Source: Planctomycetota bacterium (GTDB taxonomy: Bacteria; Planctomycetota; Phycisphaerae; WQYP01). Taken from it: a DNA stretch of 64,000 bases. Below are positions 18,723 to 28,538 of this stretch, piece by piece; position 1 is the first letter of the stretch; each line of letters starts with the position of its first letter. The DNA lies in NCBI GenBank assembly GCA_021800165.1, contig JAJYZF010000010.1:2194-66193 (forward strand), written 5' to 3'. Position numbers and translations under genes: made by a program. Under the pieces are notes generated by a model. It was given only the letters and a program-made list of their open reading frames with translations. It was not told where the DNA came from and made no database searches.

Positions 18723-20323
18723 CCAAATTCCCCTCCTCAGAGCTGCGCAACTTTGCCGAGCAATGCCAGAGCTTTGGCCCGGTCGAAATGCTCCCGCAAT
18801 CGGATTCACTCGTAGCGGTGGTCAACTGCCCGTCCGAGGTGCTCAAATCGCTGGCGGAGTTCCTCGTCCATTCCCTGCAGTATAATTTCGGATCATTGGT
18901 GGTGGAGGCACCCCCCAACCAATGGAAACTCATTTATTTGTTCTATGGCCGTGAAAACCCGTCTTTAGTGCAGCTATGGGTATACCTAAAATCGGACCAT
19001 CCACGGGTTGACTCCATCAGCGATAAAATTCACTCCGCCGATTGGCATGAACGGCAGGCGGAAGATCTGTTTGGATTGGTGTTTACGGGACATCCTCGGC
19101 TGGGCGATTTTGTCCTCCATGAGGAATGGCCCGAAGGCGTGAACCCCATGTGCACCGGGTTTAGCGCCACACATCCCGTAAAGGAGCAGGTGGTTGATCC
19201 CGCATGGCGGCCGGCGCGAATATTGGAAACGCCGGGGGCCTTTTTAATGCCCATCGGCCCGGTCTATGCGGACTATTACGAATCGGCGCAGTTTTTTCTG
19301 GAAACTGTCGGCGAAGATGTGGTGCGCATGATTCCACGCTTTTTTTTCAAATATCGTGGTGTGGAAAAACTGGCCGAGGGCCAGCCGTGGCAACGGGTGC
19401 TGCTGATGGCGGAACGATTTTCCGGAACCTCGGCCATTGCCCATTCCACGGCGCTATGTGCAGCGCTGGAACAGATCTACCAGATTCAGCCACCACCGCG
19501 AGCCTTGGGTCTGCGTCTGATTCTGGCGGAAATAGAACGCATACGTCATCACTTTGCGGTGCTCTCGGATATTTGCCACGCCTCGGGCATGTCGGTGCCG
19601 TCGGCCCAGATGGATATTCTGGAAGAACAAGCCCTGCGTTTAAGTGGTCAGTGTGCTGGACATCGTTACCTCTATGGTTGGGTGACGCTGGGGGGGCTTA
19701 ACCGGGATATGACGCTCACCGCCCTTGATACCATTGCCCGTGAAACGCAACTCCTGGCCAAAGCCTCCGCCACCATCCACAGCGCCCTGCAATTTACCAG
19801 CAGCTTTCTGGATCGCTTTGAAGGTGTTGGGGCCATCAGCGCGGCGGGTGCCCGGGAACTGGCTCTGGTAGGCCCTATCGCCCGGGCCAGCGGAGTCAGA
19901 ACAGATTTGCGGCTGATGTTGCCGTACGGGCCCTACGCACAAGATACCGGATTTTTGGCCATGACTGAGCCACTGGAACAGGAAGGGGATGGCTATGCCC
20001 GGATTCGCGTACTTTTTGCGGAAATCCAGCAATCCGTGAAGCTCATCGATGCGACGGTAGCTGCGTTGCCCACGGGGCCGGTGCGGGTGGAGGCTGGCGG
20101 TGTGCGGGGCCAAAGCGCATTTGGATGGGCGGAAGCTCCCAACGGCGCAGCGTTTCATTATGTTCGCCTGGATGCTCAGGGATGTGTGCAACGCTACCAG
20201 ATTGCCACACCGTCGTTTGCCAATTGGCATGGGTTTCATATTGCGGCGGAAAATTTTGCCTTCCAGGATTTTCCCATCATGATGGCTAGTTTTGGACTTT
20301 CCATCGCGGAATCGGATCGTTAG
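18719..20323 (+). CDS. HyfG/HycE-like (NuoCD-like) large subunit lacking NiFe cysteines (Ehr type)
   Basis: WHERQAEDLFGLVFTGHP, GEDVV..KYRGVEK, EAPNG, TPSFANW; ERFSGTS and FGLSIAESDR replace both CxxC motifs; ATGA overlap with hyfF. Confidence 0.88.
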   Translation: MTKFPSSELRNFAEQCQSFGPVEMLPQSDSLVAVVNCPSEVLKSLAEFLVHSLQYNFGSLVVEAPPNQWKLIYLFYGRENPSLVQLWVYLKSDHPRVDSISDKIHSADWHERQAEDLFGLVFTGHPRLGDFVLHEEWPEGVNPMCTGFSATHPVKEQVVDPAWRPARILETPGAFLMPIGPVYADYYESAQFFLETVGEDVVRMIPRFFFKYRGVEKLAEGQPWQRVLLMAERFSGTSAIAHSTALCAALEQIYQIQPPPRALGLRLILAEIERIRHHFAVLSDICHASGMSVPSAQMDILEEQALRLSGQCAGHRYLYGWVTLGGLNRDMTLTALDTIARETQLLAKASATIHSALQFTSSFLDRFEGVGAISAAGARELALVGPIARASGVRTDLRLMLPYGPYAQDTGFLAMTEPLEQEGDGYARIRVLFAEIQQSVKLIDATVAALPTGPVRVEAGGVRGQSAFGWAEAPNGAAFHYVRLDAQGCVQRYQIATPSFANWHGFHIAAENFAFQDFPIMMASFGLSIAESDR

Positions 20324-20335
20324 GAGATTAAAGCC

Positions 20336-21091
20336 ATGTTCGGATGGTTTGTGAAGGGTGCCACGTCACGGGTAAGAACCACGCGCTATCCCGCACACGA
20401 CGAAACTGCGCCTGGCGTTACCCCTGGCCGTCCCGTAGAGACCACTTGTGACAACGAATTGCTCGCTATTGGCCTGGCCGCCACCTGCCCCACGGGCGCA
20501 ATCAAGCCCGCAGCGTTCAAGACGACTGCGGATATTTCTCGGTGTGTACACTGCATGGCTTGCACACGCGGCGAAAATACCATGAGTTGGCAGGCAGATT
20601 ACCGCTGGGCCAAATGGGTTGGCGACAACGCGCGACGTGCCGCCCGCCACCGCCCATTTCGAAAATCGCTCCATATTCGTGTGGTGGATACCGGTTCCTG
20701 TGACGCGGTCCTTAGTGAAATCAAACAGCTTGTCAAACCATATTACAACATGCACCGCCTCGGCTTTTTTATCACCCCCACGCCGCGGCACGCCGATGTG
20801 CTTATGGTCGCCGGGCCGGTCACCAGCCAGATGCGTCTGGCTCTATTAAAAACCTACGCTGCTATGCCCGAACCGAAATGGGTGATGGCGGTGGGCAATT
20901 GTGCCATCAGCGGATGTGTTTTTGCTCCCAGTTTTATTGCCAACGGGTCGGTGGCGGGTGTTATTCCCTTGGATGTACAGGTACCCGGCTGTCCACCACC
21001 ACCGCTGGCAATTTTACACGGCTTGCTGCTTTTAACCGGGCGCGAGGCCGAAATGCCACCCGTGGACCAGCCTCTCGGAGGTACCCCATGA
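20336..21091 (+). CDS. Ferredoxin-like + HyfI/NuoB-like small subunit fusion
   Basis: TCPTGAI, CVHCMAC; DTGSCDAV, TPRHADV, GNCA, PGCPP. Confidence 0.85.
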   Translation: MFGWFVKGATSRVRTTRYPAHDETAPGVTPGRPVETTCDNELLAIGLAATCPTGAIKPAAFKTTADISRCVHCMACTRGENTMSWQADYRWAKWVGDNARRAARHRPFRKSLHIRVVDTGSCDAVLSEIKQLVKPYYNMHRLGFFITPTPRHADVLMVAGPVTSQMRLALLKTYAAMPEPKWVMAVGNCAISGCVFAPSFIANGSVAGVIPLDVQVPGCPPPPLAILHGLLLLTGREAEMPPVDQPLGGTP

Positions 21092-23241
21092 CCATTCTGC
21101 CGGCGCTATTTTTTCTCGCCATGATTGCGTTGTGCGTCACCGGAGCGACGCTTTCAGCTTGCGTGGCTCAGCACCGCATCGGCCCATTGCTGGCGGTGAC
21201 CGGACCCCTGGCCTCACTGATGATTCTGGCCTGCGCAACATGCGTTTTGATCACCCGACAACCGATGCAAATTGACCTTTGGCATTTGCCGCTCTTGGGA
21301 TTGCTGCGCCTGCGGTTGGATTCAGTGTCGGCGCTGTTTGTGCTGGCCTTGGGCATTTCATTTTTACCGGCGTACCTGTTCTCTAAAAGTTATATGAACC
21401 GGTATCCAGCGCATTACAACATTCGCGGCTTTGGAATTTTTTTCCATCTTCTGCTGATGGCCTGCACGCTGGTTCTAGCCGCCGGCGATGTAGTTACGTT
21501 CCTGTTCACGTGGCGATTGATGTCAGCATTGGCAACTTTCCCCATCACCTTGGAACATCGTCAGGATGAGCATCGCCGGGCTGGATACATTTTTCTGGCC
21601 ATGAATGAAGCGGGAATTATTCTTGCCACCGTTGGCTTGCTTTTAATGACCGCGTGGGCGGCGGGCCATATCGGATTTGCGGCGTTGCACCAGGCCATGG
21701 AGCATATCCCGGACGGATGGCGCTGGGCGATTTTTCTGATTATCTTTGCAGGCTTTTCCGTCAAAGCCGGACTGGTTCCCGTCAGTTCCTGGCTACCGCG
21801 GGCCCATCCGGTGGCCCCCGCCAATATGTCCGCCGTTTTATCGGGCTGTATGCTCAATTTCGGCATCTACGGCATCATCCGTTTTGACGCCATCATCATG
21901 GCTCCCATCACGGCAGGACCAGGCCTTGTTGTTTTGGCCATCGGAGGCCTCTCGGCCCTGCTGGGTATTTTATATGCCACCACTGATAACGACCTTAAAC
22001 GCATGCTGGCCCACAGCTCCATTGAAAACCTGGGCATTGTTGCGGTGGATGTCGGTGCGGGGATGGTTTTTGATGCTTATCACATGCCCACCATCGCGGC
22101 CATTGCCTGGGTCGTGGCGATTTACCAGATGATCAACCATTCCGCCTATAAAACGCTTCTGTTTTTGGGCGCTGGTGCCATCGACCATGGTACCGGCACG
22201 CGCGACATGAACCGCCTGGGCGGGCTGCTTAAACGCATGCCGGTGACAGCGGTATTATTTTTGGTTGGTGCGCTGGCTATTTCCGCCATGCCGCCGTTTA
22301 ATGGCTTTGTTAGCGAATGGCTAACGCTGCAAACCATTTTGCGCTCCACCGAACTCGCATCGCGCTTCAGCAGGGTGGTTTTTGCGCTCTGCGGTGCCAG
22401 CTTGGCGTTGACGGCGGCATTGTCCGTCACCTGTTTTGTGAAGACCTTTGCGATGAGTTTTCTTGGATTGCCTCGCAGTGATACCGTCCGCACCGCGATG
22501 GAAAGCCCGCCGTCCATGCGCCTGGCCATGGGAATCCTGGCCGTGGGCTGCATCGCGCTGGGTCTTGGAGCCACATGGATGGTTCCGCTGGTGGACCGCG
22601 CCATGACTCCGCTGACCCACCAGTTGGCCGCCAACGCCCTGGTTCCGCCGTTTTTTACACTCCAACACGGTAACGCCCAATTCAGCCGGGGCTTTCTGAC
22701 CAGTTTTGGCAAAATTGGGGCTGACGTCGGCAGCGCGGTTATTCCAGCACGCAGCCTGGTTGTTCTCCATCAGGGCCAAGCCGCTAATCCGGTGGTTTAT
22801 GCCATGTCTACCTTTTATATAGCCGCAGTGCTGATCGGGATCATGTTGATCGTCTATCTGCTGGTGCGCCTTACCACGCGCCGGCGCGTGGTACGTGTCG
22901 GCGAACCTTGGGCCGGTGGATTGCGCCGCCTCTGGCCGGATATGTCCTACAGCGCTACGGGGTTTTCAAATCCGGTGCGAGTCATATTCAAGTCGATCTT
23001 CAGCCCCGCCCAGCGCGAAGATTCCCAAGTCGCGGTGGCCGGCCATTTCCGCACCGCCATCCGCAAACCTCCGCGAGACACCTACATCGTCGATCGCCTA
23101 TTCCTGCTACCCCTGGTTGCCGGGGTAAAATTGCTTGCCGGATTGATGGCCCGTCTGCATCGGCCCGCAGTGGTCAATGCCTATGCGGCCTGGGTGTTTA
23201 TCGTGCTTCTTTTTGTGCTGGTTATGAATCGTTTATTTTAA
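21088..23241 (+). CDS. hyfB: HyfB-like antiporter-type subunit
   Basis: KAGLVPVSSWLPRAHPVAPANMSA, KRMLAHSSIEN, PPFNGFVSEW. Confidence 0.88.
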   Translation: MTILPALFFLAMIALCVTGATLSACVAQHRIGPLLAVTGPLASLMILACATCVLITRQPMQIDLWHLPLLGLLRLRLDSVSALFVLALGISFLPAYLFSKSYMNRYPAHYNIRGFGIFFHLLLMACTLVLAAGDVVTFLFTWRLMSALATFPITLEHRQDEHRRAGYIFLAMNEAGIILATVGLLLMTAWAAGHIGFAALHQAMEHIPDGWRWAIFLIIFAGFSVKAGLVPVSSWLPRAHPVAPANMSAVLSGCMLNFGIYGIIRFDAIIMAPITAGPGLVVLAIGGLSALLGILYATTDNDLKRMLAHSSIENLGIVAVDVGAGMVFDAYHMPTIAAIAWVVAIYQMINHSAYKTLLFLGAGAIDHGTGTRDMNRLGGLLKRMPVTAVLFLVGALAISAMPPFNGFVSEWLTLQTILRSTELASRFSRVVFALCGASLALTAALSVTCFVKTFAMSFLGLPRSDTVRTAMESPPSMRLAMGILAVGCIALGLGATWMVPLVDRAMTPLTHQLAANALVPPFFTLQHGNAQFSRGFLTSFGKIGADVGSAVIPARSLVVLHQGQAANPVVYAMSTFYIAAVLIGIMLIVYLLVRLTTRRRVVRVGEPWAGGLRRLWPDMSYSATGFSNPVRVIFKSIFSPAQREDSQVAVAGHFRTAIRKPPRDTYIVDRLFLLPLVAGVKLLAGLMARLHRPAVVNAYAAWVFIVLLFVLVMNRLF

Positions 23242-23253
23242 GAAAGGTAAGTT

Positions 23254-24525
23254 ATGTTGATTGAATCGGTCACCGCCCTGGAAATACTGGATTCGCGGGG
23301 CAATCCTACTCTCAAGGTTACCGTCCACCTCGAAGATGGCACGCGGGCTGGCGCTTGGGTACCTTCTGGAGCCTCCACGGGTGAACATGAAGCCGTTGAG
23401 CTGCGCGATCACGACCAACAACGCTACGGCGGCAAGGGAGTGTTGAAGGCAGTGGCCGCGGTGAACACCGCCATCGCTTCACGCCTGGCAGGCATGGATG
23501 TTACCCGACAGGAAGAGGTGGATCGGGCGCTCATCGAAGCCGACGGCACGCCCAATAAAAGCCACCTTGGAGCCAACGCCATTTTAGGCACCTCCATGGC
23601 GGTGGCACGGGCGGCGGCCATAGTTCAGCGTGTACCATTATATCAGTATCTGGGCGGCACGAACGCGGCCCGCCTGCCAGTGCCGATGATGAATATTCTC
23701 AACGGCGGAAAGCACGCGGATAATTCGCTGGATTTTCAGGAATTCATGATTATGCCGGTGGGTGCTTCGTCCTTTGCCGAGGCCTTGCGCTGGGGTGTGG
23801 AAACATTTCACGCACTCAAATCCATTCTGCACGCGCGCGGTTACTCCACAGCGGTGGGCGACGAAGGTGGATTCGCCCCGAGTTTAAAGCGCAACCACGA
23901 AGCCTGCGAGCTTATTGTGGAGGCCATCACCGCGGCAGGCTATCAACCGGGCCGGCAAATCGCCTTGGCCATAGATCCCGCAGCCAGTTCTTTTTACCGC
24001 GACGGCAAATATCACCTCGAAAAGTCGGGGGAGGGGGTTAAAACCAGTGCGGACATGACCAATCTGTTTGCATCATGGCTGGATCAATACCCCATCGTGT
24101 CCCTTGAAGATGGCCTGGACGAAAACGACTGGGACGGTTTTAAAGCCCTGACTGCGGCCCTGGGCCGACGCGCGCAGATTGTCGGCGATGACATTTACGT
24201 GACCAATACACGCTTTATCGCCCGCGGCATTCGTGAACACACCAGTAACGCGGTGCTGATTAAACTGAATCAAATCGGTACCGTGTCCGAAACCACTCAG
24301 GCGGTGCAAATGTGCAAACTGGCGCAATGGAAATGGGTTATTTCCCACCGCTCCGGAGAAACCGAGGATGCCTTTATGGCTGACTTTGCCGTCGCCATGG
24401 GCGGCGGCCAGATTAAAACTGGATCTGCGTGTCGGTCTGAACGCATCGCCAAATATAACCGTCTGCTGGAAATTCAGGCGGAACTTGGTGCCAAGGCCGA
24501 TTTCAGCAATCCATTGGTATCCTGA
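23254..24525 (+). CDS. eno: Enolase
   Basis: [52 protein letters not shown]. Confidence 0.97.
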   Translation: MLIESVTALEILDSRGNPTLKVTVHLEDGTRAGAWVPSGASTGEHEAVELRDHDQQRYGGKGVLKAVAAVNTAIASRLAGMDVTRQEEVDRALIEADGTPNKSHLGANAILGTSMAVARAAAIVQRVPLYQYLGGTNAARLPVPMMNILNGGKHADNSLDFQEFMIMPVGASSFAEALRWGVETFHALKSILHARGYSTAVGDEGGFAPSLKRNHEACELIVEAITAAGYQPGRQIALAIDPAASSFYRDGKYHLEKSGEGVKTSADMTNLFASWLDQYPIVSLEDGLDENDWDGFKALTAALGRRAQIVGDDIYVTNTRFIARGIREHTSNAVLIKLNQIGTVSETTQAVQMCKLAQWKWVISHRSGETEDAFMADFAVAMGGGQIKTGSACRSERIAKYNRLLEIQAELGAKADFSNPLVS

Positions 24526-24548
24526 CCGGGCTTATTGCGGGAGTTTCC

Positions 24549-26552
24549 ATGGGCGGCCTGAACGAAAATCATCGGCGACACCTGCTTTTGGCATTTCAGC
24601 ATGTGGATGAAACCTTGGGCCGGGCCTATGCGGCCGTTCGCCAAGGCGGGAGTGATTCTCCATTTCCGGCCTTCAAGTATGATGTCGCGCTCGACCAGGA
24701 TCGCGTCATTGCCACGTACCTCAACGAGTTACGACGGGCGATGGTCAGAATTATCAACGCCCATGGTATAACGATCCCCGAGGCGCAAATCAGTGCCCTG
24801 TGGGCCTTCCGCAGTGCGCTCCTGGCTGTCAGCAATACCATTGAAGAGTTGCGCCCAGAGTATATGGCTGGTTTTGGTGCTGTGGATGAAGCTGCCAGAG
24901 CGGATCTACAAATGATATCTGCGGAGCTTCTCAACATCATCGATCGATTGAGCAAAAGTCTTGCGGAGGTGCCTACCCATGATATTGCAACGCGGTTGCA
25001 CCAACTCAAGAGTCGCGACGGGGTCGCCACCCTCGCCCGCCGACTTGACGAGATCATCACCCGGCGGAACCTGGTGGAAATTCGGCCGGCGCTGGCCGTG
25101 CTCGTTGAGCGCATGGAACACGCCGAGATTGAAATTGCCGTGTTTGGCCGAGTGAGCTCGGGCAAGTCGTCGCTTCTGAATTTTCTCTGGCAGCATGAAA
25201 TTTTGCCGGTAGGGGCGGTTCCCATTACCACCATTCCCACGCAACTCAGCCACGGCCAGGTCGTCCAAGTGACGGTGAAGATCGGCACTGATCAAGTCAG
25301 GGTTATTGATCCGGATCAAATCAAAGATTTTGTCACCCAGGCCGGCAACCCGGACAATCGCAAGCATGTGACGGCGGTCCAGATCGAGTTGCCCAGCTCA
25401 CGCATGGGCCCAGGTGTCGCTTGCGTGGACACGCCCGGACTTGGATCCCTTGGAGGGCAGGGATCGGCCCATGCACGGGCCTATCTGCCCCGTTGCGATA
25501 TCGGCCTGGTGCTGGTTAGCGCTACTGTCGGATTAACCGACTTGGATATTGAATTGGTTGATGCATTGCGACGGGCCGGGGCTGAAATCATGGTATTGCT
25601 GACCAAGGCCGATTTGCTTCCAGAACACGATCTTGCCTCGGTCTTGGCATACGCCCAAACGCGGCTTCACCAACTTTCAGAGTATCCTCCTGGCCTCTAT
25701 GGTATAAGTGTGCGCCCACCGCGGACACAATTGACGCTGGACTGGTTTGAGAAGCGCTTAGCTCCTCTGCTGGGCCGGGCTGCCGCGCTTCGCGATGCTT
25801 CCATCCACCATAAACTTCAGCAGCTTGGTAGTACAGTGGTCGACGTTCTCAAGCGGCGGGAGCAAGCCGCGGATTCGGTGGTGCCGGGCCAGCAGGATAC
25901 CATTATCCACGCGCTGCTTGCACAGGCCACGACGGTTTTAGATGCCGCAGGGCGTGTCAGTCCGGCGAGCCTGCCAACGGCGCGTCAATTGGCGGAAGAC
26001 ATCATCAACCAGACATCGCAGGTATGCTCTCAAGAACCATGGGACGAGGCGGCGGTGTCCGAAAAATTTGCTTCCGTGGCCCAAGCCGTAGTTGCGCATG
26101 GAGTTCATCATGCCGTCGAGTCGTTGACCATCGCTCGTGCTCAGGTCGAAATGTCGCTGAAGATGGCCTCAAAGTCGCTAGCCAATGCCAGGTACGAAGA
26201 TTTGCCGTCTATCTCAGGGGTGCCTGTTTTTGATCCGACACAACTTCTGGCCGGTGTCCGAATGCATGCGCCCGCGTGGACGGTAATCAACGCATCCATG
26301 CGACGCCACGCTGTGGCCGCGCAACTTCGGGAATTGCTGCAATCCCGCCTGGAGGAATTGCTGGCTGATTACAACAGCAGGTTCTGGCAGTGGCGCCGCA
26401 ACATGCTGGGTGAATTAAGCACCCACTATAACGCTACCGCCGCAGTGCTCCGCAGTTTGGTGGTTACGAGTGCGGATCATTCCGACGGTTCTGTGTCGGA
26501 GGATATTGCCGATTTGGAACACGCCATGGCCCAATTCGCCTCGCCCTGTTGA
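24549..26552 (+). CDS. Dynamin-like GTPase with N-terminal helical extension
   Basis: G1 GRVSSGKSS, PITT, G3 DTPG, G4 TKAD, NPDNRKHV..VQIELPS. Confidence 0.85.
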   Translation: MGGLNENHRRHLLLAFQHVDETLGRAYAAVRQGGSDSPFPAFKYDVALDQDRVIATYLNELRRAMVRIINAHGITIPEAQISALWAFRSALLAVSNTIEELRPEYMAGFGAVDEAARADLQMISAELLNIIDRLSKSLAEVPTHDIATRLHQLKSRDGVATLARRLDEIITRRNLVEIRPALAVLVERMEHAEIEIAVFGRVSSGKSSLLNFLWQHEILPVGAVPITTIPTQLSHGQVVQVTVKIGTDQVRVIDPDQIKDFVTQAGNPDNRKHVTAVQIELPSSRMGPGVACVDTPGLGSLGGQGSAHARAYLPRCDIGLVLVSATVGLTDLDIELVDALRRAGAEIMVLLTKADLLPEHDLASVLAYAQTRLHQLSEYPPGLYGISVRPPRTQLTLDWFEKRLAPLLGRAAALRDASIHHKLQQLGSTVVDVLKRREQAADSVVPGQQDTIIHALLAQATTVLDAAGRVSPASLPTARQLAEDIINQTSQVCSQEPWDEAAVSEKFASVAQAVVAHGVHHAVESLTIARAQVEMSLKMASKSLANARYEDLPSISGVPVFDPTQLLAGVRMHAPAWTVINASMRRHAVAAQLRELLQSRLEELLADYNSRFWQWRRNMLGELSTHYNATAAVLRSLVVTSADHSDGSVSEDIADLEHAMAQFASPC

Positions 26553-26575
26553 TCGACCCGCAAGCCCACTTTGGA

Positions 26576-27288
26576 TCAAAAGAGTTTTCCAGTTTCCAAA
26601 ATGCGTTGCAATCCCGCCTTATCCACGGAGGAAGCATTTATTTTATCGAGTGCCGCGATAGCCTCACGCACAGAATACTCCACGCGGCGCAAGGTAATTG
26701 TGCCATCATCCCACACCGCATAAGAGGCTCTGGGATCGCCATCCAGCGGCTGGCCTACCGATCCTGGGTTTACCAGTTGCCTATTGATATAAGGCCGCAC
26801 GTAAGGCAGGTGCGTGTGGCCCACCATGAGCACATCTCCCAGCGGACCATTGCCCAAATATTCTGTGAGCTTGTTAATGGAAAGATCCGGCGTGAGGCGA
26901 TAATCATAAAGAGGGTCTGTGCGCGATGCGTGAACCACATCAAAAGTTGTACATTGGAATCCCAGGTCAGACGAATCGGCAGGTGCTTCAGCCAGCGGAT
27001 ATCCAGAAGGCTTAGTTGTCCCATAGTCCAGTCGCGCATGGCCAATGCCAGGTGCGCCTTGGTCGGGTTGGCACGAGGGTGCTGGTTATGGGCCACCGCG
27101 TAATCGTGATTGCCGCAAACCGTGATCGCCTGATGACTTTTGAGCCAGGCGATACAGGCTCCGGGATCTGGGCCGTAATTTACCACATCGCCGCCGCAGA
27201 GCACGTAGTCAAAGGCCCCGCAATCCTTGGCGACAGCGTTCAAAGCCCAGGGATTGCCGTGAAGATCAGAAATAAGCAAGACACGCAT
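26576..27288 (-). pseudogene. Metallophosphoesterase (YfcE/MJ0936-like), frameshifted near 26951
   Basis: SDLHGN, GDVVNYGP, GNHD in one frame; VHAS, GHTH, NPGSVGQPLDGDPRASYA in the -1 frame. Confidence 0.82.
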
Positions 27289-27302
27289 CTGCGGTACTCC
27301 GT

Positions 27303-27327
27303 AAAAAGCCTTCACGCGAAGGCTTTT
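27303..27327 (-). terminator. Intrinsic terminator in the expression platform of riboswitch 2
   Basis: Minus strand AAAAGCCTTC-GCGT-GAAGGCTTTTT just before the GGAG RBS. Confidence 0.7.
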
Positions 27328-27412
27328 CCGGATCTACCGGAGATCGGGATTCAGATTGCAGGGGAAACAGCAATCGTTTCCTGACGCCTGCCAATCGGGC
27401 CGTTCGCACGAA

Positions 27413-27463
27413 GCAGGAGTCATCAGTCTCGGGGACGAGACGGTTCCGGCGAACTCCATCGCC
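27413..27463 (-). ncRNA. Fluoride riboswitch 2
   Basis: Minus strand GGCGATGGAGTTCGCC-GGAACCGTCTCG-TCCC-CGAGACTGATGACTCCTGC, near-perfect consensus. Confidence 0.95.
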
Positions 27464-27479
27464 TTAATCTGCCTACTCC

Positions 27480-27508
27480 ATACTACGCGGGCACCAGGCC
27501 AAATTCAA
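27480..27508 (-). promoter_or_regulatory. Promoter for riboswitch 2
   Basis: Minus strand TTGAAT-N17-TAGTAT. Confidence 0.65.
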
Positions 27509-27883
27509 CACGCCCATTTACATCTCACCCTACACCTGGGCAACGCGCCCCGGGGTGTGGCAATGTTTCCCAAAAATGCAATGGCGTAGGAGACTTGGGA
27601 TATTTTAAAACCCGGGCCACCGAATTCAGCACCCCGGATTGGCCCGAGGATCCGATGGTATAAGAACGTGCATCTGAAACATTCATGAAGCAAGCCAGTG
27701 CCTGTTTTATTCCAGCGCAGGCCGAAATCCTCCGGCCGCAGCGAGTCCAAACCACGGGCGTGGCATACCATCCCGGTGTCGAAGCTGAAAACTTTGGTCG
27801 GGCGATCATAGGAAACATACTTTAAACATAGGCGGCTAAAAGCCAAGCCTGATTATCGCGGACGATGGTCCGCAGGGGTTGGT

Positions 27884-27913
27884 TTGACAACTTCATCGCC
27901 CTCCCATTAGACT
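27884..27913 (+). promoter_or_regulatory. Promoter for riboswitch 3/crcB
   Basis: TTGACA-N18-TAGACT. Confidence 0.65.
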
Positions 27914-27929
27914 TTGCTCGTCGTATGGT

Positions 27930-27994
27930 AGGTGATGGAGTTCACCTGAACCGTCCCTGTTCGGCCTCAAGGGCCTGGGGACTGATAACTCCTG
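27930..27994 (+). ncRNA. Fluoride riboswitch 3
   Basis: GGTGATGGAGTTCACC-TGAACCGTCCC...GGGACTGATAACTCCTG upstream of crcB. Confidence 0.95.
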
Positions 27995-28025
27995 ACGGCT
28001 GGACCGTCGGGGGTTTGTGCATGGC

Positions 28026-28062
28026 CGACCCTGGCGGATCAAAAATCAGCCGGGGTTGTTTT
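28026..28062 (+). terminator. Terminator hairpin in the crcB leader
   Basis: CGACCCTGGC...GCCGGGGTTG stem followed by TTTT. Confidence 0.65.
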
Positions 28063-28093
28063 GTCTTCGGATCAATCTCTTTGGAGCAGCGTT

Positions 28094-28477
28094 TTGAAAA
28101 AGGTATTTTGGGAATGTCTAGCGGTCGGCGGCGGCGGTTTTATTGGTACGTTGGCCCGATTTTTGGTGGCCCGTTTATTTTCCGGTTCGCCATTTCCGGT
28201 GGGAACCATGCTCATCAACCTTAGCGGCAGTCTTTTCTTGGGCTGGTTTGCCACTGTGGCCGGGAACCGCTTGCCCATGTCGGAAAATTTGCGGTTGGCT
28301 GTGGCGGTGGGCTTTGTGGGAGCGTACACCACTTTTTCAACCTATATGTTTGAATCCAACCGAATGTTGGAGGATGGTGCGGGCTTGCGGGCCATGTTTT
28401 ACATCCTCGGGAGTGTCATGCTTGGTCTGCTGGCGGTGCGACTGGGCGTCATTCTGGGCCACCGCATGAACGGTTAG
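28094..28477 (+). CDS. crcB: Fluoride channel Fluc/CrcB
   Basis: GGGGFIGTLARF, GTMLINLSGS, GFVGAYTTFSTY; TTG start after GGAG. Confidence 0.95.
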   Translation: MKKVFWECLAVGGGGFIGTLARFLVARLFSGSPFPVGTMLINLSGSLFLGWFATVAGNRLPMSENLRLAVAVGFVGAYTTFSTYMFESNRMLEDGAGLRAMFYILGSVMLGLLAVRLGVILGHRMNG

Positions 28478-28538
28478 CGTACCGGAAGACGACGGTGGCC
28501 AGGGCATGGATATTTTCCGGTTCTGTAAGGAGTCGGCC

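Noticed and set aside
18719..20323. Active [NiFe] hydrogenase / formate hydrogenlyase
   Set aside because: Both CxxC Ni-binding motifs are absent and no maturation genes or FDH occur in the window
26940..26960. Programmed -1 ribosomal frameshift
   Set aside because: No X XXY YYZ slippery heptamer in the correct frame; a single-base loss explains it more simply
27510..27870. ORFs between the divergent riboswitch promoters
   Set aside because: No recognisable homology; may be a gene remnant but unsupported
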